This document shows, in pieces, positions 17,367 through 26,784 of a stretch of DNA of 64,000 nt. Location: positions 134,397 to 198,396 of IMG/VR virus record IMGVR_UViG_3300047311_000323; one strand, given 5' to 3'. The notes under the pieces are model-generated. The model did not search any database and was not told the DNA's origin. It saw nothing but the letters and a program-made list of their open reading frames with translations. This DNA is from a virus. Both the position numbers and the translations under genes were made by a program. Position 1 is the stretch's first letter. Each line of letters opens with the position of its first letter.

Positions 17367-17440
17367 TGGAGCTGATGCCGAGAATCGAACTCGGTTCTCC
17401 TCGTTACAAGGGAGGAATAATACCATTATACTAAATCAGC
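17367..17440 (-). tRNA. tRNA-Thr(UGU)
   Basis: Cloverleaf, CT-TGT-AA, CCA. Confidence 0.9.
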
Positions 17441-17454
17441 TTATCGTGGTACAT

Positions 17455-17482
17455 AATATAACCACTTATTGATAGGTGTCAA
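17455..17482 (-). promoter_or_regulatory. Sigma70-like promoter for the tRNA-Thr array
   Basis: TTGACA-N16-TATATT. Confidence 0.7.
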
Positions 17483-17640
17483 TCCTCATAATTTTTTAAA
17501 TTTGAGGTAAGGTGCCATCCGTCGCACCCACTACAATGATAAGCACGGAGGTTCCGGTCGTCAATTAATAAGATAGCCGTGTCCGCATCTTTCTCAGTAT
17601 TGTATCGTTTCTTATTGGGAAACGTAAAACACTTCTTCAT
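17479..17640 (-). CDS. Small Zn-binding-like phage protein (53 aa)
   Basis: Hand-translated MKKCF...KRY...LRAYHCSGCDGWHLTS. Confidence 0.65.
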   Translation of the reverse strand: MKKCFTFPNKKRYNTEKDADTAILLIDDRNLRAYHCSGCDGWHLTSNLKNYED

Positions 17641-17645
17641 TGTAG

Positions 17646-18434
17646 TCACCGACCAAAGCTTTCTTGTCTAAAGATATCTGCACCATTCTTAAAGATGTTA
17701 GATAGGAAGGATTGATCTTTGGTAAAGATTGGTGGCTCCAAATTGAGATGCCACTTGTTCCTCATTGATTCTCCTGAGACAATAGGAACTTTGTAGGCAG
17801 CAGCCCCTCTCCTGAAAGAAACTGGATAGTCGTTGAAGTTGATATCCACTTCCTGATGGAGCAAATCAACCTTCTCATCCACACTCAACCCAGCCATCAT
17901 CTCTTTGATATTGTTCTTATCGTATTTCTTGATAAGTTCATACAAGCAAGCAGACTGAATTGAAGTATGGAAGTTCTGCTGTTGTTTGTAAATAATGGTA
18001 TTGACCGCCTCACCAAGAGTTGGCACAGCGAATACTTGAGAGGTAAAGATTGGGGCGCCAGTTACATTAAGACCAATTTTATCTGCGACTTCATTGAAAT
18101 GCATGGTGGCAGTAGCCGAAGTAACTGAGCAAATCTTTTGCAGTTTGTTGTCATACCAAGGACTGGTATCATTGTTCTGGTCGTTACGAGCCACAATAAC
18201 AATCTCGTCATTGTGCTGGTAGGCAAAGAGGGAGCCCTCTACCTCTTGGCAAAGTTTTAGAGTTGTGGAAAGAATGCACTCGGCAAATTTTGGACAATAG
18301 GGCTTGTCAAGCAACTGGGTAATTTTAGAGAAACCTCGCCCGTTGACGCAGATAATGATTGGTACTCGGTCGAGTAACCTGTAGTCGGTGACCGATTGGT
18401 ATCGTTCAACGCGGTCTTTCAATTTGTTTGACAT
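17646..18434 (-). CDS. Thg1-like (tRNA-His guanylyltransferase-like) protein
   Basis: PIIICVNGRGFSK, AYQHNDEI, WYDNKLQKICSV..S.AT..F. Confidence 0.85.
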   Translation of the reverse strand: MSNKLKDRVERYQSVTDYRLLDRVPIIICVNGRGFSKITQLLDKPYCPKFAECILSTTLKLCQEVEGSLFAYQHNDEIVIVARNDQNNDTSPWYDNKLQKICSVTSATATMHFNEVADKIGLNVTGAPIFTSQVFAVPTLGEAVNTIIYKQQQNFHTSIQSACLYELIKKYDKNNIKEMMAGLSVDEKVDLLHQEVDINFNDYPVSFRRGAAAYKVPIVSGESMRNKWHLNLEPPIFTKDQSFLSNIFKNGADIFRQESFGR

Positions 18435-18449
18435 AATAACGAATATAAC

Positions 18450-19076
18450 TTAACGTGGTTGTTGTGGCTGTACTGGATTGTATTGAGCCAATTGTCTTAA
18501 CGTATTGGAAATATTATCCTTTATGTTACCAGGCATTTTTTGTGCCACCGGACCAGTTGGGCTTAATTGGCTTAGATTTAGATAAGGTTGTGATTGAAGG
18601 GTAGCAGCATTCCATGCTGCAATCTGATTTCCAGTTACTTTTTGAGGGAATTGATTGCCGCCATTCAAATAGGATTGGTAAATCAATTTGGACAGATTAA
18701 GTAGGTTTTTAGCGTCTACTGAGGATTCTCCGCTAGGATCTACGTTAAAGTTATTGTTCTTGAGAGTTTGCCAGTTATGCTTGCCCTCACTAGAATAATG
18801 TAGGGCCGTATTGAGTAGCCTTGCCAGACTGTCTATAAAGCCGACGCTAGCCGAATTGTATACATTGCCCATCCATCCCCAGGCCCCAGAGGCAGTAAAG
18901 GCTGGCGGAGGCGGTATAACGGCCTGTGTGGTTGACGTAGGGGTGGTTGGAGTAGTTGGTGATGGTTGAGTAGTCGGGGAGGCAGGAGAAGCCGGAGAAG
19001 CTGGAGACGCAGGTGCGCCTGGAACAGCTTGTGCCAATTTAGCCAGATATCTCAAACGTAACTTCAAGGGTAACAT
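18450..19076 (-). CDS. Hypothetical protein with LAKLAQ N-terminus and PAS/PT repeats
   Basis: PASPASPASPASP and PTTPTTPT linker. Confidence 0.8.
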   Translation of the reverse strand: MLPLKLRLRYLAKLAQAVPGAPASPASPASPASPTTQPSPTTPTTPTSTTQAVIPPPPAFTASGAWGWMGNVYNSASVGFIDSLARLLNTALHYSSEGKHNWQTLKNNNFNVDPSGESSVDAKNLLNLSKLIYQSYLNGGNQFPQKVTGNQIAAWNAATLQSQPYLNLSQLSPTGPVAQKMPGNIKDNISNTLRQLAQYNPVQPQQPR

Positions 19077-19091
19077 CTACATAATACTATT

Positions 19092-19286
19092 TTAGTAGTC
19101 ATCGTCCCTTACATACCGCAAGTCTTCCCGTTCACGTTTACGAGCCTCTTCCCGGCGCTCTTCTGCTTTACGGGTAGCCTCATCCATGGCATCCAAGGCT
19201 TCCTGATCGATTTCCATTTCTATGATTTCGTCAGTCTCAAGATCCCACACTGGTATCTTTACCGTTTTCTTCTCGTCTGGTTCCAT
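19092..19286 (-). CDS. Hypothetical charged protein
   Basis: ATG at 19286. Confidence 0.6.
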   Translation of the reverse strand: MEPDEKKTVKIPVWDLETDEIIEMEIDQEALDAMDEATRKAEERREEARKREREDLRYVRDDDY

Positions 19287-19671
19287 TGGCGGCCTTCTTT
19301 GCTCGATAGTCAGCAATCGCAGATTTGATTGCATCTTCCGCCAAGACTGAGCAGTGGATCTTGACAGGAGGTAGGTTTAGCTCTTCTACTATAGCAGAGT
19401 TTTTGAGAGCTTCGGCTTCATCAACAGTTTTGCCTTTGATCCATTCCGTAGCCAAAGATGATGCGGCAATAGCGGAACCACATCCAAACGTTTTGAACTT
19501 GGCATCTATAATCATATCGGTGTTAGGATCAACTTTGATCTGGAGGCGCATCACGTCACCGCAAGCTGGCGCTCCAACTAGACCAGTTCCAACATTTGGA
19601 TCACTCTTATCTAATGTGCCCACGTTCCTGGGGTTTTCTGCGTGGTCGATTACTTTTTCGCTGTATGACAT
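19237..19671 (-). CDS. iscU: Fe-S cluster scaffold IscU
   Basis: GAPACGDVM, KTFGCGSAIA, LPPVKIHCSVLAEDAI. Confidence 0.97.
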   Translation of the reverse strand: MSYSEKVIDHAENPRNVGTLDKSDPNVGTGLVGAPACGDVMRLQIKVDPNTDMIIDAKFKTFGCGSAIAASSLATEWIKGKTVDEAEALKNSAIVEELNLPPVKIHCSVLAEDAIKSAIADYRAKKAANGTRREENGKDTSVGS

Positions 19672-19736
19672 GCTCGTATCCTTTTCTATATGCCGAAAAT
19701 ATGCATCCGAACATCATCAAGTTATATGAGGATATC

Positions 19737-20489
19737 ATGACGACTTCTATTATGTTGGTGACCTATAACAGGCTCGAATTTACAAAACGTATGTTTGATA
19801 ACTTCTTCAAAACTACTGATGGACCATATCGATTACTAATTGTAGATAATGGATCTACTGATGGAACAAAAGAGTGGTTAGAGAAGCTACCAGAACAATT
19901 ATCAGTTGATTGCAAGATACATTTCAATCCTACAAATAAGGGAATTGCAATGGGGAGAAACCAAGGTCTTTTGATGGCTAAGAAATATGGGCCAGATGAC
20001 GAGTTCCTTGCCACTATCGATAATGATGTTGAGTTCCCTGATAAGTGGCTCTCGCAATGTACAGACATTATCTCGGATAAAGATGGTTACAGGCTTACTA
20101 TTGGTGTAAGTTTTGAAAATGATAACTATGAACTAGTTACAAGGAAAGATAAGACTTTTCAGCTTAAAAAGGCTGGTAATCTTGGAACTGCTTGTTCTGT
20201 TTTCCACCGAGAGCTACACAAGAAGATTGGTTACTTCACCACGGATTATGGAATCTATGGAGAGGAAGATGCCGATTTCTTCTTTAGAGCCAGGCTAGTT
20301 GGCTGGGAAGTAGGCTATCTAAAAGATAAGGGCCATCATTTTGATGAAACAGTAGTTGCTACTGAGGGGTATCGAGAATTCAAAGATGCCGCCCACAAGA
20401 ACAATTTAGTAAAATTCCAGAACAACTGTTACGCCTATACATACCGAATCAAACCAGTTTTTATTCCGTATCATGGCCCGTCAATGTGA
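19737..20489 (+). CDS. Glycosyltransferase family 2
   Basis: VTYNR, IVDNGSTDGT, IDNDV (DxD), YGEEDAD. Confidence 0.9.
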   Translation: MTTSIMLVTYNRLEFTKRMFDNFFKTTDGPYRLLIVDNGSTDGTKEWLEKLPEQLSVDCKIHFNPTNKGIAMGRNQGLLMAKKYGPDDEFLATIDNDVEFPDKWLSQCTDIISDKDGYRLTIGVSFENDNYELVTRKDKTFQLKKAGNLGTACSVFHRELHKKIGYFTTDYGIYGEEDADFFFRARLVGWEVGYLKDKGHHFDETVVATEGYREFKDAAHKNNLVKFQNNCYAYTYRIKPVFIPYHGPSM

Positions 20490-20521
20490 ATAAAATCTAA
20501 TTAGATCAAGATTGGAAGATA

Positions 20522-22312
20522 ATGTTTGACGGAAAATACTTCGATTGGAATCAGAAGCGTATCAAAGGCATCGTAGACCACTACAGTTACAAATTCTTCT
20601 ACGGTAAGAAATTGGCTGACTTAGGCTGTGGTTATGGTGATTTGAGTGGCACTTTGTATCGTCTTGGCGCAGAAATAACTGCGGTAGATGTTCGACAGGA
20701 CCACCTCAAAGTTGTATCTAAGAAATTCCCAGGTGTCAAAGTAGTAAGGACCAACTTAGAGGGACCATGGCCTTTCTTTGGAACTAAGTTTGACATGATA
20801 CTAGATTTAGGTTTAATCTGTCATTTAGCTACTATTGATGAACATATCAAAGCTGTCTGCTCATCGACTACATATTTAGTTTTAGAAACAGCGGTTTGCG
20901 ATTCTGATGATCCAAACAAAATCATTCAAGTGCCAGAAGCTAAAGAGATTTATGATTTATCATTCAATGGCACTGGCTCTCGTCCAAGCGCCGCTTATAT
21001 CGAAAGGCTATTGACCGATTGTGGTATGACTTTCAGACGCATGGACAGCGGCAAATTGAATTCTGGTGACTACAAGTATGATTGGGTTGCTAAAAATGAC
21101 AACAGCACCGACATTCATAAAAGAAGATTTTGGTTTTGTGTCAAAGGTGAAGCTGGATATATGATGCCCTTTGTCGGCGGACAGCCGGCAGTAGTTGTTC
21201 AACCTCCACCAGCGGGACCGAACTTTGCATTTGGTTTTAATCCACCACCTTCCACTTTTGCATCTGTAATACAGACTAGTGGAATACCAACTATTTTGAC
21301 TTCAAATCCTAGGGCGCCAATGCATTCTCGCATGGTAGCAGAGGGATTGAGGAATCCAAGCGTGGGCACATCGTACCCGTCAGGCAACTATGTTGAACTT
21401 AAGGACGACTCGCTCAGTTTTCAAGTCATGCGTAATAGTAAAGAATTCGCGCTCCTGACCCCCGAAAGTTATGCGCCCCCTGTTACTTATCAAAATTCAG
21501 GAGTCATTTTCCCGAATTCTCCAAGTTCAAGATACTGGTTCAAAAAGATTGCACCCTTCTTCCCCAATCTTGTAGTTTCTTCTAAGGCTCATACCATGAT
21601 AGGCTTTAACAAGTCTACAGATATGCCAAACATAGTTATGTGTTCCTTAGATAATCTAACTATAAATGACAGAGTTTGGGTTGATGAATGGCTACAGGGT
21701 AGTTTGCAACAATCACATATAGACAAGCTAAGGTCTTGCAAAATTATTCTTACACCATCACTAACCAATATGCAAGAAATACTTCAGCACCTACCTGATG
21801 CTAGTGTGCGCCGAGTGGAAAGGCCCTGGCCGATGTTGGCTGCCGAAGCCTTCAAATTTGATTACTTCCTGTACTTTGAGAAGGATGAGAAGATAACACG
21901 CTTACTTCTAGAGTCTTGGGAAGAACGATTTGGCCAATTGATTGTAGTGGGCTCTCGCGTTAAACTGCCAACATTTGCTGAGTTCGTTTCTGATACAGTC
22001 TCTTATAGTAGTGTATCTGGTTTGCTAATGGGCGCCAAAGCTATAGTTGACGTATCATTCAATACATATTACACGTCTGGTATTCTAAAATTAGCTAGCG
22101 CCTTATCACTACCTATTATTACAAACAACCAAGCCTATTTGAGTGCGCCTAGCTCTACTATAATTTCACAAGACAACTCTACCTATCCATCGCCTAAAGA
22201 TATACATAAAGCAGTGGCCGCATTTATGGATATGCCAAAAACACCGGCTAAATTTGATGCCGAGTATAATCAGGGACTAGTTGTTGCAGTACAGAAATTG
22301 GTGGGTGTTTAA
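20522..22312 (+). CDS. SAM-dependent methyltransferase N-domain fused through a Pro-rich linker to a glycosyltransferase-like C-domain
   Basis: LADLGCGYG, AVDVR; the C-half resembles degenerate GT-B; C-domain call is weak. Confidence 0.65.
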   Translation: MFDGKYFDWNQKRIKGIVDHYSYKFFYGKKLADLGCGYGDLSGTLYRLGAEITAVDVRQDHLKVVSKKFPGVKVVRTNLEGPWPFFGTKFDMILDLGLICHLATIDEHIKAVCSSTTYLVLETAVCDSDDPNKIIQVPEAKEIYDLSFNGTGSRPSAAYIERLLTDCGMTFRRMDSGKLNSGDYKYDWVAKNDNSTDIHKRRFWFCVKGEAGYMMPFVGGQPAVVVQPPPAGPNFAFGFNPPPSTFASVIQTSGIPTILTSNPRAPMHSRMVAEGLRNPSVGTSYPSGNYVELKDDSLSFQVMRNSKEFALLTPESYAPPVTYQNSGVIFPNSPSSRYWFKKIAPFFPNLVVSSKAHTMIGFNKSTDMPNIVMCSLDNLTINDRVWVDEWLQGSLQQSHIDKLRSCKIILTPSLTNMQEILQHLPDASVRRVERPWPMLAAEAFKFDYFLYFEKDEKITRLLLESWEERFGQLIVVGSRVKLPTFAEFVSDTVSYSSVSGLLMGAKAIVDVSFNTYYTSGILKLASALSLPIITNNQAYLSAPSSTIISQDNSTYPSPKDIHKAVAAFMDMPKTPAKFDAEYNQGLVVAVQKLVGV

Positions 22313-23268
22313 TGTTGAAAGTACTTTACTTACCAATTGGCAGTCAAACGGGCATGGTCGAAGGTTTTAGAAATGCAGGAGCTGATCTAGAAGCGTTTGA
22401 TTTCTGGGGATTATGGGAGCGCACGAAAAGCAAAGGAGCTGTAGAAAGTGAATTTTTGACAAAAGTTAGAAACTTTCAGCCAAATCTAATTCATATGCAG
22501 CTTCAATTCACTGGACTAATAGATGCGAGTGTAATTGCTGAAGCTAGAAAAATAGCACCCGGCGTAGTTATTACTAACTGGACGGGTGACGTACGAGCTG
22601 ATGCTCAGAGATCATTTTGTGATGTGGCTCATCAAGTAGATTTTTCTTTAATATCTAGCACGGGCCAATTAGATATGTACAAACATGCTGGCTGTCATAA
22701 TGTTAAATATTGGCAGATTGGATATAATCCTAAATCCAGTTATCCTATGAATCTTGATTCGCACAAATATGATGTTAGCTTTTTAGGTAATAATTACGGC
22801 CATACGTTTCCGGATGGTGGCCTAAGGGTGGGCGCGACTGATACGCTAAGAAACATATTTGGCACACGATTTGGTTTATTTGGATCTGGTTATCATCCAC
22901 ACGCGCCTTCCGTAGAGCCTATGCAAGCTAATGAGATATACAATCAGAGTATTTGCGCATTAAGCATTAGTAATTTTAATAGTGTGTCTCATTACTTTTC
23001 TGACAGATTATTATCCTGTATGGCATCAGGGCGCCCCACTATATCTTGGCATTTTCCCGGATTTGAAAGCTACTTCATTGAAGGTAAAGAAATATTCATT
23101 GCGCGCTCGGCAAAAGACATCGTTGATATCGTTAATTACTGTAAAGCTAATCCAACTATTGCAACGCAAGTTGGAATAAACGGATATCAAAGAGTTCTAA
23201 AAGAACACACATTCACTTCAAGAGTTATGGAGCTGTTGCACATAACTAATTTAATCCATTTGGTGTAA
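22312..23268 (+). CDS. CgeB/GT1-like glycosyltransferase
   Basis: DVSFLGN, YFSDRLLSCMASGRPTIS, GYQRVLKEHTF. Confidence 0.8.
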   Translation: MLKVLYLPIGSQTGMVEGFRNAGADLEAFDFWGLWERTKSKGAVESEFLTKVRNFQPNLIHMQLQFTGLIDASVIAEARKIAPGVVITNWTGDVRADAQRSFCDVAHQVDFSLISSTGQLDMYKHAGCHNVKYWQIGYNPKSSYPMNLDSHKYDVSFLGNNYGHTFPDGGLRVGATDTLRNIFGTRFGLFGSGYHPHAPSVEPMQANEIYNQSICALSISNFNSVSHYFSDRLLSCMASGRPTISWHFPGFESYFIEGKEIFIARSAKDIVDIVNYCKANPTIATQVGINGYQRVLKEHTFTSRVMELLHITNLIHLV

Positions 23269-23270
23269 TC

Positions 23271-23837
23271 ATGATAAGGCTCCTTTACAATTACTATGAA
23301 GATAAAAACCCTTTACGCAAGAGGGAGATTGACTATTGTTTGCAAAGAAATCTTGCTAATAAACTTATTACAACTGTGATTTTTGAGTCGGCCACCAAAC
23401 CAACTTACGAATTCTTTTTTCAACAAATCAATAAGGTAACTGGACCAGATGACATCAATATCATTTGCAACTCTGATATCTTTTTTGATGACACCATAGC
23501 GTTGACACAGAACATTAAAAACAAACAGCTTTATGCCTTAAGTCGATGGGATTGGTTAGGTAATGATGCGCTCGTCAGATTTTTTGATAGACCGGATAGT
23601 CAGGATACTTGGATTGTCAAGGGTAAAGTGGAGGGAGTTTTCGGTAATTTCACACTAGGAATCAGAGGGTGTGATAATAGAATTGCTTACGAATTCAATA
23701 AAGCTGGCTATGGAGTATCTAATCCTAGTAAATCAATCAAAACTTATCACGTTCACAATTCGGGTGTTCGTAACTATACTATGGTAGATGTAGTTCCGGA
23801 ACCATATCTAACCATACCAACTTCGAGTTTAACATGA
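23271..23837 (+). CDS. Glycosyltransferase-like hypothetical protein
   Basis: NSDIFFD, SQDTWI, GCDNRIAY. Confidence 0.6.
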   Translation: MIRLLYNYYEDKNPLRKREIDYCLQRNLANKLITTVIFESATKPTYEFFFQQINKVTGPDDINIICNSDIFFDDTIALTQNIKNKQLYALSRWDWLGNDALVRFFDRPDSQDTWIVKGKVEGVFGNFTLGIRGCDNRIAYEFNKAGYGVSNPSKSIKTYHVHNSGVRNYTMVDVVPEPYLTIPTSSLT

Positions 23838-24559
23838 CTATAGAAACAAATACCCCCATTTTTACACTAACCTCATTATGCCCTCGTGAAAATCAATTTG
23901 CACTACAAAAAGAAAGTATCACATCTTGGATTAAAGCTGGGTGTGAAGTTGTCGCGTTTCAATCATCTGAAGATATGAAACATCTTAAATCTAGTGAGTG
24001 GGATGGCGTACGCTTTGTTGAAACAGAATCTTCAAAACAATTTCCAAATTACGTCCCAATTTCCAATATGATTGAATGGGCAGCCAAACAAGAAGGACAT
24101 TCTTTGCTCATTAATGCTGATTGTAGATTAGGCGTTAGTCCACAGATAATGAAATCTTTAGCCGTAAAATCAAAAGATGGACTTGTTTATCTTGTGCGAC
24201 ATGATGTTGATGAGAGTGGGCAAATACAAAAATATGATAGTGGTATTGATGGTTTTCTTTTACCAAATGAGTATGCATCGTTAATTCCACATTCAGATAT
24301 ATATTGTATGGGGAAACCGTGGTGGGACTATCTTCTACCTATGTCAATATTGCGTAACAACAAAATAATTGCTTCACCATCATTCCAAGTACTATATCAT
24401 ACGATACATCAAATACGATGGAGTCATGAAGAGTGGGAAATTTGTAGAGATGAAACATATCGTCTTTTTGATTGGAAATCTGGTCCAGCGGAAATGTTAA
24501 TCAACATCATCAAGAATACACAAACTATAAATTATGATCCATCTTGGGAGACTAAATGA
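23834..24559 (+). CDS. Glycosyltransferase-like hypothetical protein
   Basis: LINADC, GIDGFL, MGKPWWDY. Confidence 0.55.
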   Translation: MTIETNTPIFTLTSLCPRENQFALQKESITSWIKAGCEVVAFQSSEDMKHLKSSEWDGVRFVETESSKQFPNYVPISNMIEWAAKQEGHSLLINADCRLGVSPQIMKSLAVKSKDGLVYLVRHDVDESGQIQKYDSGIDGFLLPNEYASLIPHSDIYCMGKPWWDYLLPMSILRNNKIIASPSFQVLYHTIHQIRWSHEEWEICRDETYRLFDWKSGPAEMLINIIKNTQTINYDPSWETK

Positions 24560-25458
24560 GAGTAGTGTTCTTTAATCACTGGCACAATGGAGATATCCAT
24601 GTTTCACGTGGATTTATTCGAAAAATAATGGAAAAATTACATTCGGTAGACCCTCAAATTACTTTTACATATAGTCATAAAAATGATCCTAGTCTACTAA
24701 AAGATATACCCAATTTAGGATTTGACCCCAATGGGATATACCAAATTGGTACACATGATAGTGCGGCAAAAAAAGAAGATACTCTTTATATTAATACATG
24801 GTATGCTCAGCAAAATTATAGGTACATGAATATTTATGGTATTTCTTTTGATACGTTGTATGCGGCTTTTGATGATACCTGTAAAAATGTTTGGGGATTT
24901 TCTTTGAGTGATATTTCACCAGACCCAAGTGTCTTCTTTCCATCAATTGATTACACGAAATTTGAAATCGAACATGCCAAAATTTGGTTAGATACTCATC
25001 CAGGTAAAAAGATTTTCGTTTGTAATAGTTATGCTCTATCTTCACAGTCTCATAATTTTTCTATCACACCATTAATAATGGGTTTGGCTAAAAAACATAC
25101 TGATAAGATTTTCATCTTATCCAACAAAGAGGGCGAAAATCTTTTGAGCAATGTTTTTTGGTCTAGTGACATAATTAAAAAACCAAGTTGTGATTTGAAT
25201 GAAAACTCATTTTTATCAGAACATTGTGATGCCATTATAGGAAGAGCAACTGGGGCTTTTGCTTTTTCACTTACTTCAAATAATGTAATGAAAAGGAATT
25301 GCAAATTCTTATGCTTTACAAATATATTGCCACCATCCAATGGAAAATTCTGGCTGTCTAGTATACTGCAAGATAAAATCAACTATACTGCAGATATGAT
25401 AATTACAAACGAATCAAACACTGAAGTAATTAGAGATTTGATTGAGGCACAACTATGA
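24556..25458 (+). CDS. GT9/GT-B-like hypothetical protein
   Basis: HNGDIHVSR, CDAIIGRATG. Confidence 0.5.
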   Translation: MRVVFFNHWHNGDIHVSRGFIRKIMEKLHSVDPQITFTYSHKNDPSLLKDIPNLGFDPNGIYQIGTHDSAAKKEDTLYINTWYAQQNYRYMNIYGISFDTLYAAFDDTCKNVWGFSLSDISPDPSVFFPSIDYTKFEIEHAKIWLDTHPGKKIFVCNSYALSSQSHNFSITPLIMGLAKKHTDKIFILSNKEGENLLSNVFWSSDIIKKPSCDLNENSFLSEHCDAIIGRATGAFAFSLTSNNVMKRNCKFLCFTNILPPSNGKFWLSSILQDKINYTADMIITNESNTEVIRDLIEAQL

Positions 25459-26117
25459 TATACAATACGGGACACAAGTTTACTAAAATTATTGAGCCCC
25501 CATCACAAGAAGATGTTTACAACTGCCCTCATTATTTCGGAATGAGCTATGATCAAGTAAAAGAATCTGGTGCGCCAGAATTTCTCATTAAACTTTTAGA
25601 CCAGTTTCCATTTGATGGTCGCAAAAATATATTGCAAATCAGACCACAAGATTTTAGGTCAAGCAATATCAAAATTGATGGCAGTCATTGGCACACCGAT
25701 TATAACGTCCGCCTACTAGTTGATAGCCAACAAACTAAGATATACGCTAATGATCATAATGACTTTCATCTAATGGTCATTTCTTGGGGAGCGGGACCTT
25801 CTACCGAGTTCATAACAACAGCAATGGATCTGCCAGATAATCTAAAAAATAAAGACAGTGATGCTGACTGGAAATCCTGGAATTATGCATTGAATAGTAG
25901 ATTAGCACAACCATACGAAACAATCACTGCTCCTAAAAATCAAATGCTAGAATACTCAACCAAAGATTTACATAGGGCAGACGGCATACTTCATTCTACT
26001 GGATTAAGGCTAATGATTGTTGCTTTTGATTGTAATAGTATAGATGGTCAAATCAGAATTCTGCCATCTATCAAAGAAATAGATGGCGGTGCTATCACAC
26101 CGTCATATTCAAGGTAA
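25455..26117 (+). CDS. Putative Fe(II)/2-oxoglutarate oxygenase-fold protein
   Basis: WHTD (HxD)...DLHRA...RLMI. Confidence 0.45.
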   Translation: MIYNTGHKFTKIIEPPSQEDVYNCPHYFGMSYDQVKESGAPEFLIKLLDQFPFDGRKNILQIRPQDFRSSNIKIDGSHWHTDYNVRLLVDSQQTKIYANDHNDFHLMVISWGAGPSTEFITTAMDLPDNLKNKDSDADWKSWNYALNSRLAQPYETITAPKNQMLEYSTKDLHRADGILHSTGLRLMIVAFDCNSIDGQIRILPSIKEIDGGAITPSYSR

Positions 26118-26747
26118 ATCTACCCCATTGTTTTTTTTCAATGTAACGTTCAGTGATAGTGGAAGTGAGTTCTTCCCCAGTTCATTAGGCGGATATGTGT
26201 CAATGTTTTGGATGGTAAATAGGTCTCCAAATAAAGCTTTGTAACCATATTCGGAAAATCTCCAGCAATCTGGTGTGGGACCATGAACTTTAAACATATA
26301 TGGCGTATTAACGAACAATGTAGAGTTGTCGTTAGTTACATTATACAATTGAGATGGAACAGCAAATACTTTAGGCACGTGTTCGATAATGCCTATTAAG
26401 ATTACCACGTCAAATTTTTCTGAAACAAAAGACATATCTTCTATGCTGCCTATATAGTCTGCGTTAGAAGATGTGCTAATGTCTAAAGTCTTGTAATAAA
26501 TTCCAAGATGAGAGCAAGTTTTTCCAATTATTGATGTATCAAGTTCTGGAAACATTTCTTCTTTATACAATCCAGATGAGGGACCAACCTCTAACACTTT
26601 AAGTGATGGGTTGCTTTTTAAGAAGTCACATATATGATTAGCAAATGAGAACATATGTTCTCTATAAACCTTATAGTCATCATCTTGGCTAAAAAACCAT
26701 TGTCTGCGGCCTGGTCCAAGTACAGGATCAAATTTGAAATTGTTCAT
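26109..26747 (-). CDS. Class I SAM-dependent methyltransferase
   Basis: VLEVGP, FDVVILIGIIEHV, PDCWRFS. Confidence 0.85.
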   Translation of the reverse strand: MNNFKFDPVLGPGRRQWFFSQDDDYKVYREHMFSFANHICDFLKSNPSLKVLEVGPSSGLYKEEMFPELDTSIIGKTCSHLGIYYKTLDISTSSNADYIGSIEDMSFVSEKFDVVILIGIIEHVPKVFAVPSQLYNVTNDNSTLFVNTPYMFKVHGPTPDCWRFSEYGYKALFGDLFTIQNIDTYPPNELGKNSLPLSLNVTLKKNNGVDLP

Positions 26748-26784
26748 AGATACGGGGTATATATCGATTGAGTGGTGAGGTCAC

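Noticed and set aside
18960-19020. Replication origin iterons
   Set aside because: The repeat is the in-frame Pro-Ala-Ser coding repeat of the 18450-19076 gene.
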